Source: an uncultured Candidatus Saccharibacteria bacterium
Lineage (GTDB): Bacteria; Patescibacteriota; Minisyncoccia; Phycocordibacterales; UBA918
Assembly: GCA_964350985.1 (NCBI GenBank)
Contig: CAYGLK010000002.1
Coordinates: forward strand, 165,406 to 229,405
Direction of reading: 5' to 3'
DNA length: 64,000 bases
The position numbers were made by a program, and so were the translations under genes. The first letter of the stretch is position 1; every line of letters begins with the position of its first letter. The notes below the pieces were generated by a model. That model saw only the letters and a list, made by a program, of their open reading frames with translations, had not been told where the DNA came from and searched no databases. Below, piece after piece: positions 51,203 through 59,953 of the stretch.

Positions 51203-52006
51203 TTAGTCACTAAAAAGCTCTTTTTTATATGTATTTTTTATTTGCTCAACTCCTTTATCTGTTTCAATTTCACAAGAAGAATAATTAGTCTCGTTTATAT
51301 AAAGTCGCTTGCTACCAAAATCAAAACGTTTGCACCAATCTCCATGAACATTATCTACTTTATGTTGGCTATTTTTATTTAAATATCCTATTTCTATAAC
51401 TGAACCAGAAATATTCGTTAGATCTAATAAATCTTGAATTGGAAAGAGGCTGTAGTAAATTGAAGGAATGCTTCCTGAAGCGGTAAATGTCTTCCTAATC
51501 AATACATCATACTGACCATGTTTATTTTTAACATCTGAAACAAAGTTTTGCTCTGCATTAGAAAGATTTGTGTCATTTTTGAGAATCTCTGTCTTCCAAG
51601 TAGTTTTATATTCTCCATTATTATGTTGAAAAGAAATATCACTCAAAATTTCTTCTGGCGCATTTGAATAGCTTTGGTTCCAAATGCAAAACTCTTTTTC
51701 ACTATCAAGTTTACGGGTAGTCTGAATAGTATGGGAATTTTTTCCGGTAGTATATTTAACAGTTTCCTTTACTTCATTGTCACCAATTTTAAGAAATCCA
51801 TTTTTTTCGAAATCAGTTAGGGTATCTAGTACGACCCACTCGTTTTGCGGAGGTAAACCAAAAACTTCTACCCACCCAAGAAAGGTGTGGTACCGAGGCA
51901 AAACAATAGAAACCTGTTTACCATTAATTTCTAATTTAACGTCGTAGTAGTAAACATTATCTTTATATTCTTTAAATGAAATGTCCAGATTGCCTATTTT
52001 CTTCAT
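51203..52006 (-). CDS. hypothetical protein
   Basis: 267-aa AT-rich ORF, TGCTATAAT 6 nt before ATG. Confidence 0.75.
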   Translation of the reverse strand: MKKIGNLDISFKEYKDNVYYYDVKLEINGKQVSIVLPRYHTFLGWVEVFGLPPQNEWVVLDTLTDFEKNGFLKIGDNEVKETVKYTTGKNSHTIQTTRKLDSEKEFCIWNQSYSNAPEEILSDISFQHNNGEYKTTWKTEILKNDTNLSNAEQNFVSDVKNKHGQYDVLIRKTFTASGSIPSIYYSLFPIQDLLDLTNISGSVIEIGYLNKNSQHKVDNVHGDWCKRFDFGSKRLYINETNYSSCEIETDKGVEQIKNTYKKELFSD

Positions 52007-52028
52007 AGTTTGATTATAGCAAAACTAA

Positions 52029-52050
52029 CCTTTTGGGATGATGTTAGAAC
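52029..52050 (+). repeat. 22-bp P-arm junction motif, copy 3
   Basis: CCTTTTGGGATGATGTTAGAAC; overlaps the NUDIX stop codon. Confidence 0.82.
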
Positions 52051-52508
52051 TTTTCTTGAGTATCAGGAAAAGCAAGATTATAAAATTGCTTGAAAAGAGG
52101 AGATATGTTACTTGGTAAGTTATCTTTATCAAACCAGCCTGCTTCTTTAATTTCGTTTAGGTCGATTGTAATTTCACCCTCATTAGCATTAGCAAAAAAG
52201 ACATGGATAGTGTCTTTCTTAAACTCCCCATTATATTTAATTGAACCAAGTTGCTTAATGTTTTTTAACGACAAACCAACTTCTTCTTTCACTTCTCGAA
52301 TTACAGCTTGCTCAAGACTCTCACCCATTTTGATTCCTCCACCAACAGTCGTAAGTAGAGGACTGCCGTATGTATGTTTAATTAAAAGTATTTTGTTTTC
52401 GAGAGTAACAACACATCGGACACCTTCAGTTGTTGGTCTTCTTAAAAACCAATAAGCCTGCAGTACAGGGTAACCAATTTTGTAGAGAGTAGCTTTACTG
52501 AAAATCAT
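52044..52508 (-). CDS. NUDIX hydrolase
   Basis: GGGIKMGESLEQAVIREVKEEVG. Confidence 0.93.
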   Translation of the reverse strand: MIFSKATLYKIGYPVLQAYWFLRRPTTEGVRCVVTLENKILLIKHTYGSPLLTTVGGGIKMGESLEQAVIREVKEEVGLSLKNIKQLGSIKYNGEFKKDTIHVFFANANEGEITIDLNEIKEAGWFDKDNLPSNISPLFKQFYNLAFPDTQEKF

Positions 52509-52527
52509 TCACCTACTATAGCAAACT

Positions 52528-52713
52528 TGCGGGTGAGAAGAATCGGGGTCAAGTTTCTAAATAAAATTGTTCGCTAGCTCCAATTTTACTAAGAACTTTC
52601 TCCCCGGACTCGCAGGCCCAAAGGGTCCCCTGCTCCGTCTTTCGATTCTTCTCACCCGCTACCAACGGCAAAGGCCGCCAATGCTTTCGCATTGGCGGCC
52701 TGCCGATTGGTGC
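52528..52713. repeat. tRNA-Gly-armed structured element (type B', diverged)
   Basis: GCGGGTGAGAAGAATCG...CGATTCTTCTCACCCGC arms; same layout as type B with compensatory stem changes. Confidence 0.88.
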
Positions 52714-52714
52714 A

Positions 52715-52736
52715 CCTTGTGGGACGGCGTTAGAAC
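52715..52736 (+). repeat. 22-bp P-arm junction motif, copy 4
   Basis: CCTTGTGGGACGGCGTTAGAAC; overlaps the stop codon of the 52730-53182 ORF. Confidence 0.88.
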
Positions 52737-53182
52737 TTTTCTCCAACCTGAACCAAAGGGGCTTTATTTTCAATAAATGTTAGTTTTCGTTTATCTCTTA
52801 AATAATTGAACAAACTAAAGATTTGTCTATTTTTCAAATAATTTAAATTTTCTTGGTTGCGATAAGCTTCTTGTTCAACAGCTCGGTATAAGTATCTATT
52901 TTCCGGATTGAGTCTTAAGAGTAAACCAGAGTAAATATCTTCTATAAATCCCAGAACCAAACAACCAATGAATAAGGTTTCCAATTGTTGTCGGAAATGA
53001 ATTCTTTCATGGTTTATAAAGACAGGAGTTGCATATTCTTCTTTACGGACAAAAATAAAAGGAAATATTGCTGCCGCTTTTGCTTTTTGAGCCCCACTTT
53101 TACCAGATGAAAAATATCCAGCTATTTTTACTAGTAGCTCTGATTCAATAATATTTGCCCCATGTTTCCGACAGAGTTGCAT
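52730..53182 (-). CDS. putative zincin-like protein
   Basis: NHERIH...EQEAY motif; FPFIFVR. Confidence 0.7.
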   Translation of the reverse strand: MQLCRKHGANIIESELLVKIAGYFSSGKSGAQKAKAAAIFPFIFVRKEEYATPVFINHERIHFRQQLETLFIGCLVLGFIEDIYSGLLLRLNPENRYLYRAVEQEAYRNQENLNYLKNRQIFSLFNYLRDKRKLTFIENKAPLVQVGEKF

Positions 53183-53208
53183 TAGCAGATTATATCAAAA
53201 AACTTTAA

Positions 53209-53252
53209 TGCGGGTGAGAAGATCGGTCACGAATCACTAAGTATATTTGTTC
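53209..53252. repeat. truncated type A element joined to a tRNA-Gly 3' end
   Basis: 53222-53252 is the exact reverse complement of 61066-61096 (tRNA-Pro element) but continues into the tRNA-Gly end. Confidence 0.85.
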
Positions 53253-53306
53253 AAATAAAAAAACCGCGCAGTGGTACTGCGCGGGTTTGGTATACCATCA
53301 GGTTCT

Positions 53307-54248
53307 TCAACAGTTGCTAAGTTCGGCTCGAATCTGATTCACAGCCTTCTCCACGTACCCATCGTATGCGTCTAACTTTTTCACTTCTTCGTCATTGTAT
53401 AGGTCAATACCTATATTCATTGGTATCACAGAAATCTGCATGAACTGATGAGTAAGGGCGTGACTGAATAGGTACTTCGCCGGAGATCTCAGCGTCACTA
53501 CATCTTTCATGAGTATATCGATAGCCAAAAGTTCCTCCAGTACCTTACTTTCACTTTCTAACTGAAAGGTTTCACCTAGAGACACATGTCTGTTGCCAAA
53601 CAGACAGTGTTTTATTGTTGCTATGGTCGAGGGCTCGTACTTACCCTGACCTCTGTAGTCCTGAAAGAGGCGCCATAACACGAAACCACTCCAAAGTACT
53701 TTAATCTCCCTCTCGGCTAAACCCATCGCTTCGGTGTCGCCACCAAAGGACTTTTGTAACTCGAAAAGTTGTTTCATCTTTCTGACGAAGTACTTCTTTT
53801 GTATTACTGCTTCGTCTTCATCAAGATGAAACCGTTCTCTCCGCTCGAAATTGCCTCTAATACAGGGGAGTTTGGCACTCTGGCCGTTGTCCTGGTACCA
53901 GAGACTCATTGTCGCATCGACATAGAGTTGAGCCTGTTCTTTTGTGAACAGCTGCTTGTCTACCAGTTTTTGCGACACCAACAATGACAGAACTAACCGT
54001 GAAAGTGGCATGAATGTGTCCTCATAGAACTGCTGTTTCACTGCGTCGTAAAGCACATTGCTGCCGTAGAACTCAATAACTTCCTTGTTTGAGAAGTACA
54101 CATCGTCTATGGCGATTACAAAAGTCTGCCAGTAGACACTATCTCCGACAAAGCTGTAACCGGACTCCTCTATGCGCTGAACGATCTGCTTTGCATAGTT
54201 AAGTAAAAACGACTCAAATTCTTCAGGTTTTTCGAATCCTTTAAACAT
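53307..54248 (-). CDS. hypothetical protein divergent from a TrmB-like regulator
   Basis: 313-aa ORF, GGAGG SD, TTGACA promoter. Confidence 0.75.
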   Translation of the reverse strand: MFKGFEKPEEFESFLLNYAKQIVQRIEESGYSFVGDSVYWQTFVIAIDDVYFSNKEVIEFYGSNVLYDAVKQQFYEDTFMPLSRLVLSLLVSQKLVDKQLFTKEQAQLYVDATMSLWYQDNGQSAKLPCIRGNFERRERFHLDEDEAVIQKKYFVRKMKQLFELQKSFGGDTEAMGLAEREIKVLWSGFVLWRLFQDYRGQGKYEPSTIATIKHCLFGNRHVSLGETFQLESESKVLEELLAIDILMKDVVTLRSPAKYLFSHALTHQFMQISVIPMNIGIDLYNDEEVKKLDAYDGYVEKAVNQIRAELSNC

Positions 54249-54423
54249 TGTTTTTCCTCCCTTTATGGGCTTTGTGTAAACGAACTGTTTTAACCGATAT
54301 TAAGATACAATATAAAATACTATATGTCAATAATCTCGTCACTTAGTCACGTCTATATTCAGAATACTGTTGTTTTATAATAGCATTTATGTTATATTTA
54401 TTTTGACAAAATTGTCGTCATTT

Positions 54424-55155
54424 ATGAAAAATAACTACCTAACTGCTTCCGGTCTTGATGAAAAGGAATCTACCGCCTATATAGCTCTACTTGAGCTCGG
54501 AGAGGCAACCATGAGTGAACTTACAAAGAAATCAGAACTAAAAAGGTCGACTCTATATTTTATTGTTGAAGCACTTCACAAAAAAAGATTGATTGGTATT
54601 GTAAAAAAGGGGAAGAAAACCGTCTACTCGGCCGAAGACCCCAAAAGGCTCCTTGAGCAAGCCGACGAGAACCGACGCAATCTTGAATATGCGATGCCAG
54701 AACTTTTATCTGTTGCCAACAATATTGTCAAAAAGCCAAAGGTGAGATTTTTTGAAGGGGTGGACGGTATCAAAGAAGTGTACAGGGATATTCTTAGATA
54801 CCCTGATAATAAGATTTGCGCTTGGGTATCGGAGTCGATGATTACAGAATTTGATTCAAGCTTTATTACTGACCACTATATTCCGAAACGGCTTGAAAAG
54901 AAAATTTGGGCAGAGGTGATTGCCTCTGATACTACTGTTGGTAAGGATTTTAAGTCTAAGGATCTTGAGGCGCTACGAAAAACAAGGCTGCTCGATGAGT
55001 CGCAATTCCCTCTTTCGATTGAAATTAGTCTCTATGGTAAAGATAAAATTGGTTTTATGTCGATAGATGACAAACTTGGCCTCATTGTGGAAAGTAAACC
55101 CATAGCTGACACATTAAAGAGCATATTCAAAGCACAATGGGATTCTCTGTCTTGA
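54424..55155 (+). CDS. TrmB family transcriptional regulator
   Basis: GLDEKESTAYIALLELG...LKRSTLY, KPKVRFFEGVDGIK, EISLYGKDKI. Confidence 0.9.
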   Translation: MKNNYLTASGLDEKESTAYIALLELGEATMSELTKKSELKRSTLYFIVEALHKKRLIGIVKKGKKTVYSAEDPKRLLEQADENRRNLEYAMPELLSVANNIVKKPKVRFFEGVDGIKEVYRDILRYPDNKICAWVSESMITEFDSSFITDHYIPKRLEKKIWAEVIASDTTVGKDFKSKDLEALRKTRLLDESQFPLSIEISLYGKDKIGFMSIDDKLGLIVESKPIADTLKSIFKAQWDSLS

Positions 55156-55182
55156 TCGTATTCATAAAATAAAGTTAAATTT

Positions 55183-55382
55183 CGGGTGAGAAGAATCGGC
55201 GCCAGTTCTAAATAAAATTCTTCGTAAACTCGAATTTATATTAAGAACCCGCTGCCCCGTCGCTTCTGTACGGACGCTATGCCTTGCGTCCGGCTTCGCC
55301 AGAAGCTCTCTTCGATTCTTCTCACACGCTACAAACAGCAACGGCCTCAATACATTCGTATTGAGGCCGGCCGATTTGTGCG
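55183..55382. repeat. 200-bp tRNA-Gly-armed structured element (type B, copy 2)
   Basis: Identical to 50453-50652. Confidence 0.92.
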
Positions 55383-55590
55383 GGTGAGAAGATCGGTCAC
55401 GAGTTACTAACTATAATAGTTCGCTTCGCTCCTTTTCTAGTAAGTACTCTCGACCCCAGCTCGCTCATTGCTACGCAATATCGCTGCGCTTTTCGATTCT
55501 TCACGCAAAGCGCGCAGGCGCTTTGCTTCACCCGCACACTATGTTTCAAACGAAAAAGCCCCTTGAAGGGCTTTTTCGGAAACATATGTG
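55378..55590. repeat. tRNA-Gly-armed structured element (type A) abutting tRNA-Gly
   Basis: On the minus strand: terminator hairpin, inverted tRNA end interrupted by a 9-bp stem with CTGC loop, two-arm core, direct tRNA end. Confidence 0.88.
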
Positions 55591-55661
55591 TGCGGGTGAG
55601 AAGAATCGAACTCCCGACTACTGCTTGGAAGGCAGTCGTTTTACCACTAAACTACACCCGC
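55591..55661 (-). tRNA. tRNA-Gly(TCC)
   Basis: GCGGGTG/CACCCGC acceptor stem, ACTGC-CTTCCAA-GCAGT anticodon arm, TTCGATT T-loop; CCA not encoded. Confidence 0.96.
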
Positions 55662-55672
55662 AAGTGAGGTAC

Positions 55673-55737
55673 TAAAAGAAAGTTTATTTTCTTTTATGTG
55701 CCGAATGCAGCAGGTGAAAGCTATGCTTACACCTCGC
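55673..55737 (-). other. conserved tRNA 5'-flank double-hairpin motif
   Basis: Same layout as 63697-63760 upstream of tRNA-Arg. Confidence 0.65.
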
Positions 55738-55846
55738 AACACTCAACTACCAGCTTACTCTAACTAAACCGTTAAACAATTCAGTACGCACGATTCTACC
55801 ACCATTGGGCTAAAAATTCCACCAGGGCTTGCTATACTATTTAAAT

Positions 55847-56941
55847 ATGCAATTTTTAACCGAAGTTTTTATTACGATCATTACAGCTTACTTGGCTTTC
55901 ACAAACCAGCTAGCAGACACTATTATTAATGTAATTGGAGCTGATGAAGAGGCTGAAGAAGTAGAAATGGTTGAAGATGAGGAAGGAATGAGTCTTAGAA
56001 ACCTACCCAGCCAGTTTGGCTCTAAGAGTCTACCTGACATCTTGCTTCGAAGTGCAGCTTACCAGAGAGCTTCTGCCCTAACAGCTGATGACTCTGGCGT
56101 TGTTTCAGAAGATCCCGCTGAAGCGTTGGTAAACATCTTTTGTACTTTCACTAGTCCAACAACTATCAGAACGACAACTGGTTCTGGCTTCTTCGTTCAT
56201 AGTGACGGTGTAATACTCACGAATGCTCATGTGGCTCAATACCTACTCTTAGGTTCTACTGACATTTTAGGTGACGCAGAGTGTATCGTCAGACAAGGAA
56301 ATCCTGCTAGTCCTAAGTATCAAGCCGGCCTTCTCTACATACCTCCAACCTGGGTTCAGGAGAACGCTAGTCTAATTAATGACTCAGCTCCAACTGGAAC
56401 TGGAGAGCGAGACTATGCTCTGCTATACATAACTAAGTCAATCGACAATTCTCCTCTACCAGATACCTTCCCGGCCCTGTCAGTGGATTCTGAGTTATTG
56501 CCTCGTACTGCTTCAGGAAAAGAAGTAACTGCTGCTGGCTATCCGGCTACTGCCTTGATTAAAAGTGGCCCTAGCGCACAACTTTTAGCTGTACTATCTA
56601 CTACCACTATCTCTGAGTTGTATACGTTTGGATCAAACTACGCTGATGTCTTTTCTATTCGCGGTAGTACAGTTGGAGCTGAAGGATCTTCAGGTGGTCC
56701 GATAGTAAATAAAGATGGTGACGTTATCGGAATGATTGTTACTCGTGGAGATGATAAGACTGATGGAGTAGGAAGTTTGAGAGCTATTACTACCTCTTAT
56801 ATTCACCGAACCATCCTCGAAGAAACCGGATTTTCTTTAGCGAGAAATATTAGTGGTAACTTAGCTTCAAGATCACAAATATTCACGAGCACAGTCGCTC
56901 CGTTTATGATTGATCTGCTATCTCAAGAGCTTGGTAACTAA
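55847..56941 (+). CDS. trypsin-like serine protease
   Basis: GSGF, ILTNAHV, DYALL, GSSGGP catalytic triad motifs. Confidence 0.92.
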   Translation: MQFLTEVFITIITAYLAFTNQLADTIINVIGADEEAEEVEMVEDEEGMSLRNLPSQFGSKSLPDILLRSAAYQRASALTADDSGVVSEDPAEALVNIFCTFTSPTTIRTTTGSGFFVHSDGVILTNAHVAQYLLLGSTDILGDAECIVRQGNPASPKYQAGLLYIPPTWVQENASLINDSAPTGTGERDYALLYITKSIDNSPLPDTFPALSVDSELLPRTASGKEVTAAGYPATALIKSGPSAQLLAVLSTTTISELYTFGSNYADVFSIRGSTVGAEGSSGGPIVNKDGDVIGMIVTRGDDKTDGVGSLRAITTSYIHRTILEETGFSLARNISGNLASRSQIFTSTVAPFMIDLLSQELGN

Positions 56942-56996
56942 TAAACAAAGATATAAAAAAGCGGCCCATGGGGCCGCTTTTTTATATCTCTTTAAA

Positions 56997-58388
56997 CTAA
57001 ACCTCTAAGACTTCCTCTTCCTCTTTGTCTTCCTCATCCTTTTCTTCAGTTGGATCAGTACTAGTAGATTTTTCCTCTACCTTTGGTTCAGTATCTTTTA
57101 TCTGAGGTTCTGTTGGCTTAGCGATCTTAAGCATAGCTGCAACGTCTGAGATGATACTGTAGGCTTCATTACTAACTTTTTCTAGCGTATCTATATCTTG
57201 ATCTGCTGCTTCAAGTAGCGCTGGCAACAGAGCTAACTTTTCTTCAGTTTCGCTAATTGCTAATTCAACTTTTTCTTTTTGATCAGCACTTACTTTGATT
57301 TCTGCAGTTGAGCTTGAAGTAGTTGTAGCGTTTATATCAGCTAAAACAGATTCTAGTGTTGCTTCAGTTGTAGTAATTTGTTGCTTTATCAGAGCTAAAC
57401 GTTGCTCTTTAGTTAAAGTATCTGGAACCAAATCATCAATTGTTAAGTTGGTTCGTACATCGATATTTGTCATGAAAGCGATCAAGCGATGGATTTGTTG
57501 CAGTGCAACAACTAAGTCTTTCTTTGCAGCCAACTCATCTACTTCAGATAAAGCCATCGCTTCTGAAATACGAGTATCAATATCACCTAGTCTATTTGTG
57601 ACAGTACTCTTCTCGTCACTAGTAGCAGAGTCTTCAATTCCTTTTACTAGTTCATAAGCTCGAGTGGTCTCACTCTCTACTTTAGCCAAGAGTCGACTGT
57701 ATGCAGGAAGGTCAATATCAGCAGTTACTGGTTCAGCGGCTTGAGTCGCAGACAATATCGCAGCAATTTTATTGATAGACTTTCCAGCAACTTCTGTCTC
57801 GCTTCGATGCATTAGAGAAGTAGTCTGGATATCAAGAGCAGTGTTAAGACCGATTGACGCTAGTGTAGCTTCGTCTTTGTCAGACAACTTCAAGTTTTCA
57901 ATTTCTTTTCGAGCATTATCACTATGAACCTTCACAGCTGAGACAACACTGGCTTCTACCTCTTCGGTTAGCTTACCTTCGTCAGCCAATAGTCTAGCTT
58001 CAGCGATACGTCGATTAAGTAGTTCTGTTTCCCAAACCACTTTCTCATAAGATCCTCGAGCTAAAGTTCCACGCACTTCTTCATTAAAACCAACCTTAAC
58101 TGCGTACAAGGTATCGCCTGGCACCGCTTTCTCGGCAAAATAAGAAACACTTACTACAAAAACCATGGCCATGACACCACTCCATCGTAAAACTCTCCAT
58201 TTATTAAAATTAAATAAGATGAAATTTTGACCAGCTACAGATACATTCTCACTAGAAGTCTTTAGACTTGCTGGCAAAGGATGGTACTCCATATAAGAAA
58301 CAACTCGCTCTTTGAGCTCACGTTTCTCAGCGACACTCAAATGAATGTCCTGGGCTTTTTTATTAAATTGTTGGCTAAATCTTTTCAT
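56997..58388 (-). CDS. putative anti-sigma factor (TM plus DUF5667-like domain)
   Basis: AEKAVPGDTLYAVK motif after a TM; directly downstream of an ECF sigma factor. Confidence 0.75.
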   Translation of the reverse strand: MKRFSQQFNKKAQDIHLSVAEKRELKERVVSYMEYHPLPASLKTSSENVSVAGQNFILFNFNKWRVLRWSGVMAMVFVVSVSYFAEKAVPGDTLYAVKVGFNEEVRGTLARGSYEKVVWETELLNRRIAEARLLADEGKLTEEVEASVVSAVKVHSDNARKEIENLKLSDKDEATLASIGLNTALDIQTTSLMHRSETEVAGKSINKIAAILSATQAAEPVTADIDLPAYSRLLAKVESETTRAYELVKGIEDSATSDEKSTVTNRLGDIDTRISEAMALSEVDELAAKKDLVVALQQIHRLIAFMTNIDVRTNLTIDDLVPDTLTKEQRLALIKQQITTTEATLESVLADINATTTSSSTAEIKVSADQKEKVELAISETEEKLALLPALLEAADQDIDTLEKVSNEAYSIISDVAAMLKIAKPTEPQIKDTEPKVEEKSTSTDPTEEKDEEDKEEEEVLEV

Positions 58389-58393
58389 TTATT

Positions 58394-58972
58394 TTATGTT
58401 TTTCTTTTTTTGGTGGCTGCTGCCTCCCCTTCCTCTATTTTGTTCCTTAAAAGTTTCAAACCGCGGTGGATCCGGACTGAGACGACATTTTCCGACTCTT
58501 CGATCAGGGCCGCGATTTCTTTTGGTCCTAGCTCGTCAACGAAACGGAAGAGTAACACTTCTTTATATTCTTCTGGCAAGTCAGCCAAAAGCTCAAAGGC
58601 CTTACGCCCATCAATTGTCGCCGCCAGGGCCTCAACTGTGCTTTCGGACAATTCTGAGAAAGAACCTTCATCTACCCCCTCAACTTCAAGTAGAGCATCG
58701 AGTGAGGCTTCTTTTTTCTTACGGTACTCATCAATGATGAGGTTATTTAAGACCTTATATAAAAATGACCGATAAGAATCAATCTCATGTCCAGCTCGAA
58801 TGTATGACCATACCTTAGTAAAAGTATCGTGTACTACATCGATAGAGCGTTCGCGATTGCTAATCCTAATTGCCGAATGGCGGAAAAGGGCCTCACTATA
58901 CTCTTCAAAAGCTTTCAAGAAGCGTTCCTCCTGGCTTTCTGCTATGTCGTTTGTCTTTTTTAGACTCGCCAT
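58394..58972 (-). CDS. ECF RNA polymerase sigma factor
   Basis: DVVHDTFTKVW, FLYKVLNNLIIDEYRK, KEIA...VSVRIHRG. Confidence 0.93.
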   Translation of the reverse strand: MASLKKTNDIAESQEERFLKAFEEYSEALFRHSAIRISNRERSIDVVHDTFTKVWSYIRAGHEIDSYRSFLYKVLNNLIIDEYRKKKEASLDALLEVEGVDEGSFSELSESTVEALAATIDGRKAFELLADLPEEYKEVLLFRFVDELGPKEIAALIEESENVVSVRIHRGLKLLRNKIEEGEAAATKKRKT

Positions 58973-59036
58973 GGTATGAAAACCATTATATACGTAGACG
59001 CCCGAATACACGAATTCTTACTGAGCATTATTGATA

Positions 59037-59654
59037 TTAGGCTTTTTTATTGATTGCCTCGATTAATTCAGGCAATTCCCCTACTAAAAAGTGGTTTTTG
59101 TCTTCAAAACTAACAAATTGGGCCTGATCCAGGTATTTTTTGAACTCAAGACTGTGATCATAAGGAACGATAAAATCATCTTTGGAGTGCCAAATTGACA
59201 CCTTAGACTGGTCGACAGATAAATTAGCCAGTGACTGGGGGTCAAACTGAAAACTCCCACAATCATTACCGTCTGGATCAGCACAGGTTCCACAAGGAGC
59301 TGCCAATAAGAAAACTTTATTGACCTCTACTGGCAATTTATTTTCACTTAGATATTTAGCCAAAAACATTCCTCCAAGAGACCAGCCAATCAGAGTCACG
59401 TCTTCTCTTAGGTATTCAAAGTGTCTTTCAAACCAAATAGCCCATTCATCATACTGGGCATTAGTCTTGTTTGGCATACTAGGCATAAAAACCTCATATT
59501 CTTCACCAAGATCAGTAGATAGTGATTTAGTCCAAAAGTCTTTTGAAACTGTATCTGGTAAATTTCTGACAGGAACAGTTTGTAAATAGCGTAAAAAATC
59601 CTCTCTCTTGGAGAAAGCATCTCCTCCATGAATAAAAAATACTTGTTTTTTCAT
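59037..59654 (-). CDS. alpha/beta hydrolase (RBBP9/YdeN-like)
   Basis: FFIHGG, GWSLGG, HSKDD, NHF. Confidence 0.9.
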   Translation of the reverse strand: MKKQVFFIHGGDAFSKREDFLRYLQTVPVRNLPDTVSKDFWTKSLSTDLGEEYEVFMPSMPNKTNAQYDEWAIWFERHFEYLREDVTLIGWSLGGMFLAKYLSENKLPVEVNKVFLLAAPCGTCADPDGNDCGSFQFDPQSLANLSVDQSKVSIWHSKDDFIVPYDHSLEFKKYLDQAQFVSFEDKNHFLVGELPELIEAINKKA

Positions 59655-59744
59655 ATGTTTATGATATTTGATTATTTAAGTCAGACTTGCTTTTTTATGA
59701 AAGTATGATATAAAATATATCGACTTAATTTTGGAGACCTTGTT

Positions 59745-59903
59745 ATGAACAAGGAGAAAGAAGCCCCGCAAACTGGCCCTCCTGAAAGCTTTGCTCCGGA
59801 AACTCCGGAGCAATTGGAGAAATTCCAACAAATGAGGCAGCTGGCGGAGACGCTTGGGAAGGCGATCAGGGAAGCTAACCCAGGGGCAGACAAGAAGAAT
59901 TGA
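59745..59903 (+). CDS. 52-aa hypothetical protein
   Basis: MNKEKEAPQTGPPESF..., GGAG SD and promoter-like sequence upstream. Confidence 0.4.
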   Translation: MNKEKEAPQTGPPESFAPETPEQLEKFQQMRQLAETLGKAIREANPGADKKN

Positions 59904-59953
59904 TCAGGAAGAACCTGCATCATATGTTATGGGAGCATCTTGCTCCCATTTTT

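Noticed and set aside
48888-52736. 22-bp repeats as a CRISPR array
   Set aside because: Spacing is 0.7-1.8 kb and irregular, the intervals contain genes, and no cas genes are present.
52549-55585. Short ORFs 52549-52773, 52567-52776, 55162-55350, 55397-55585
   Set aside because: They run across the structured non-coding elements; only the WDDVRTF tail is considered meaningful.
46091-55590. Classical integron
   Set aside because: No IntI tyrosine recombinase in the window. The P-arm has a TAAC overlapping stop codons but no paired R''/L''/L'/R' attC palindrome that I can identify.
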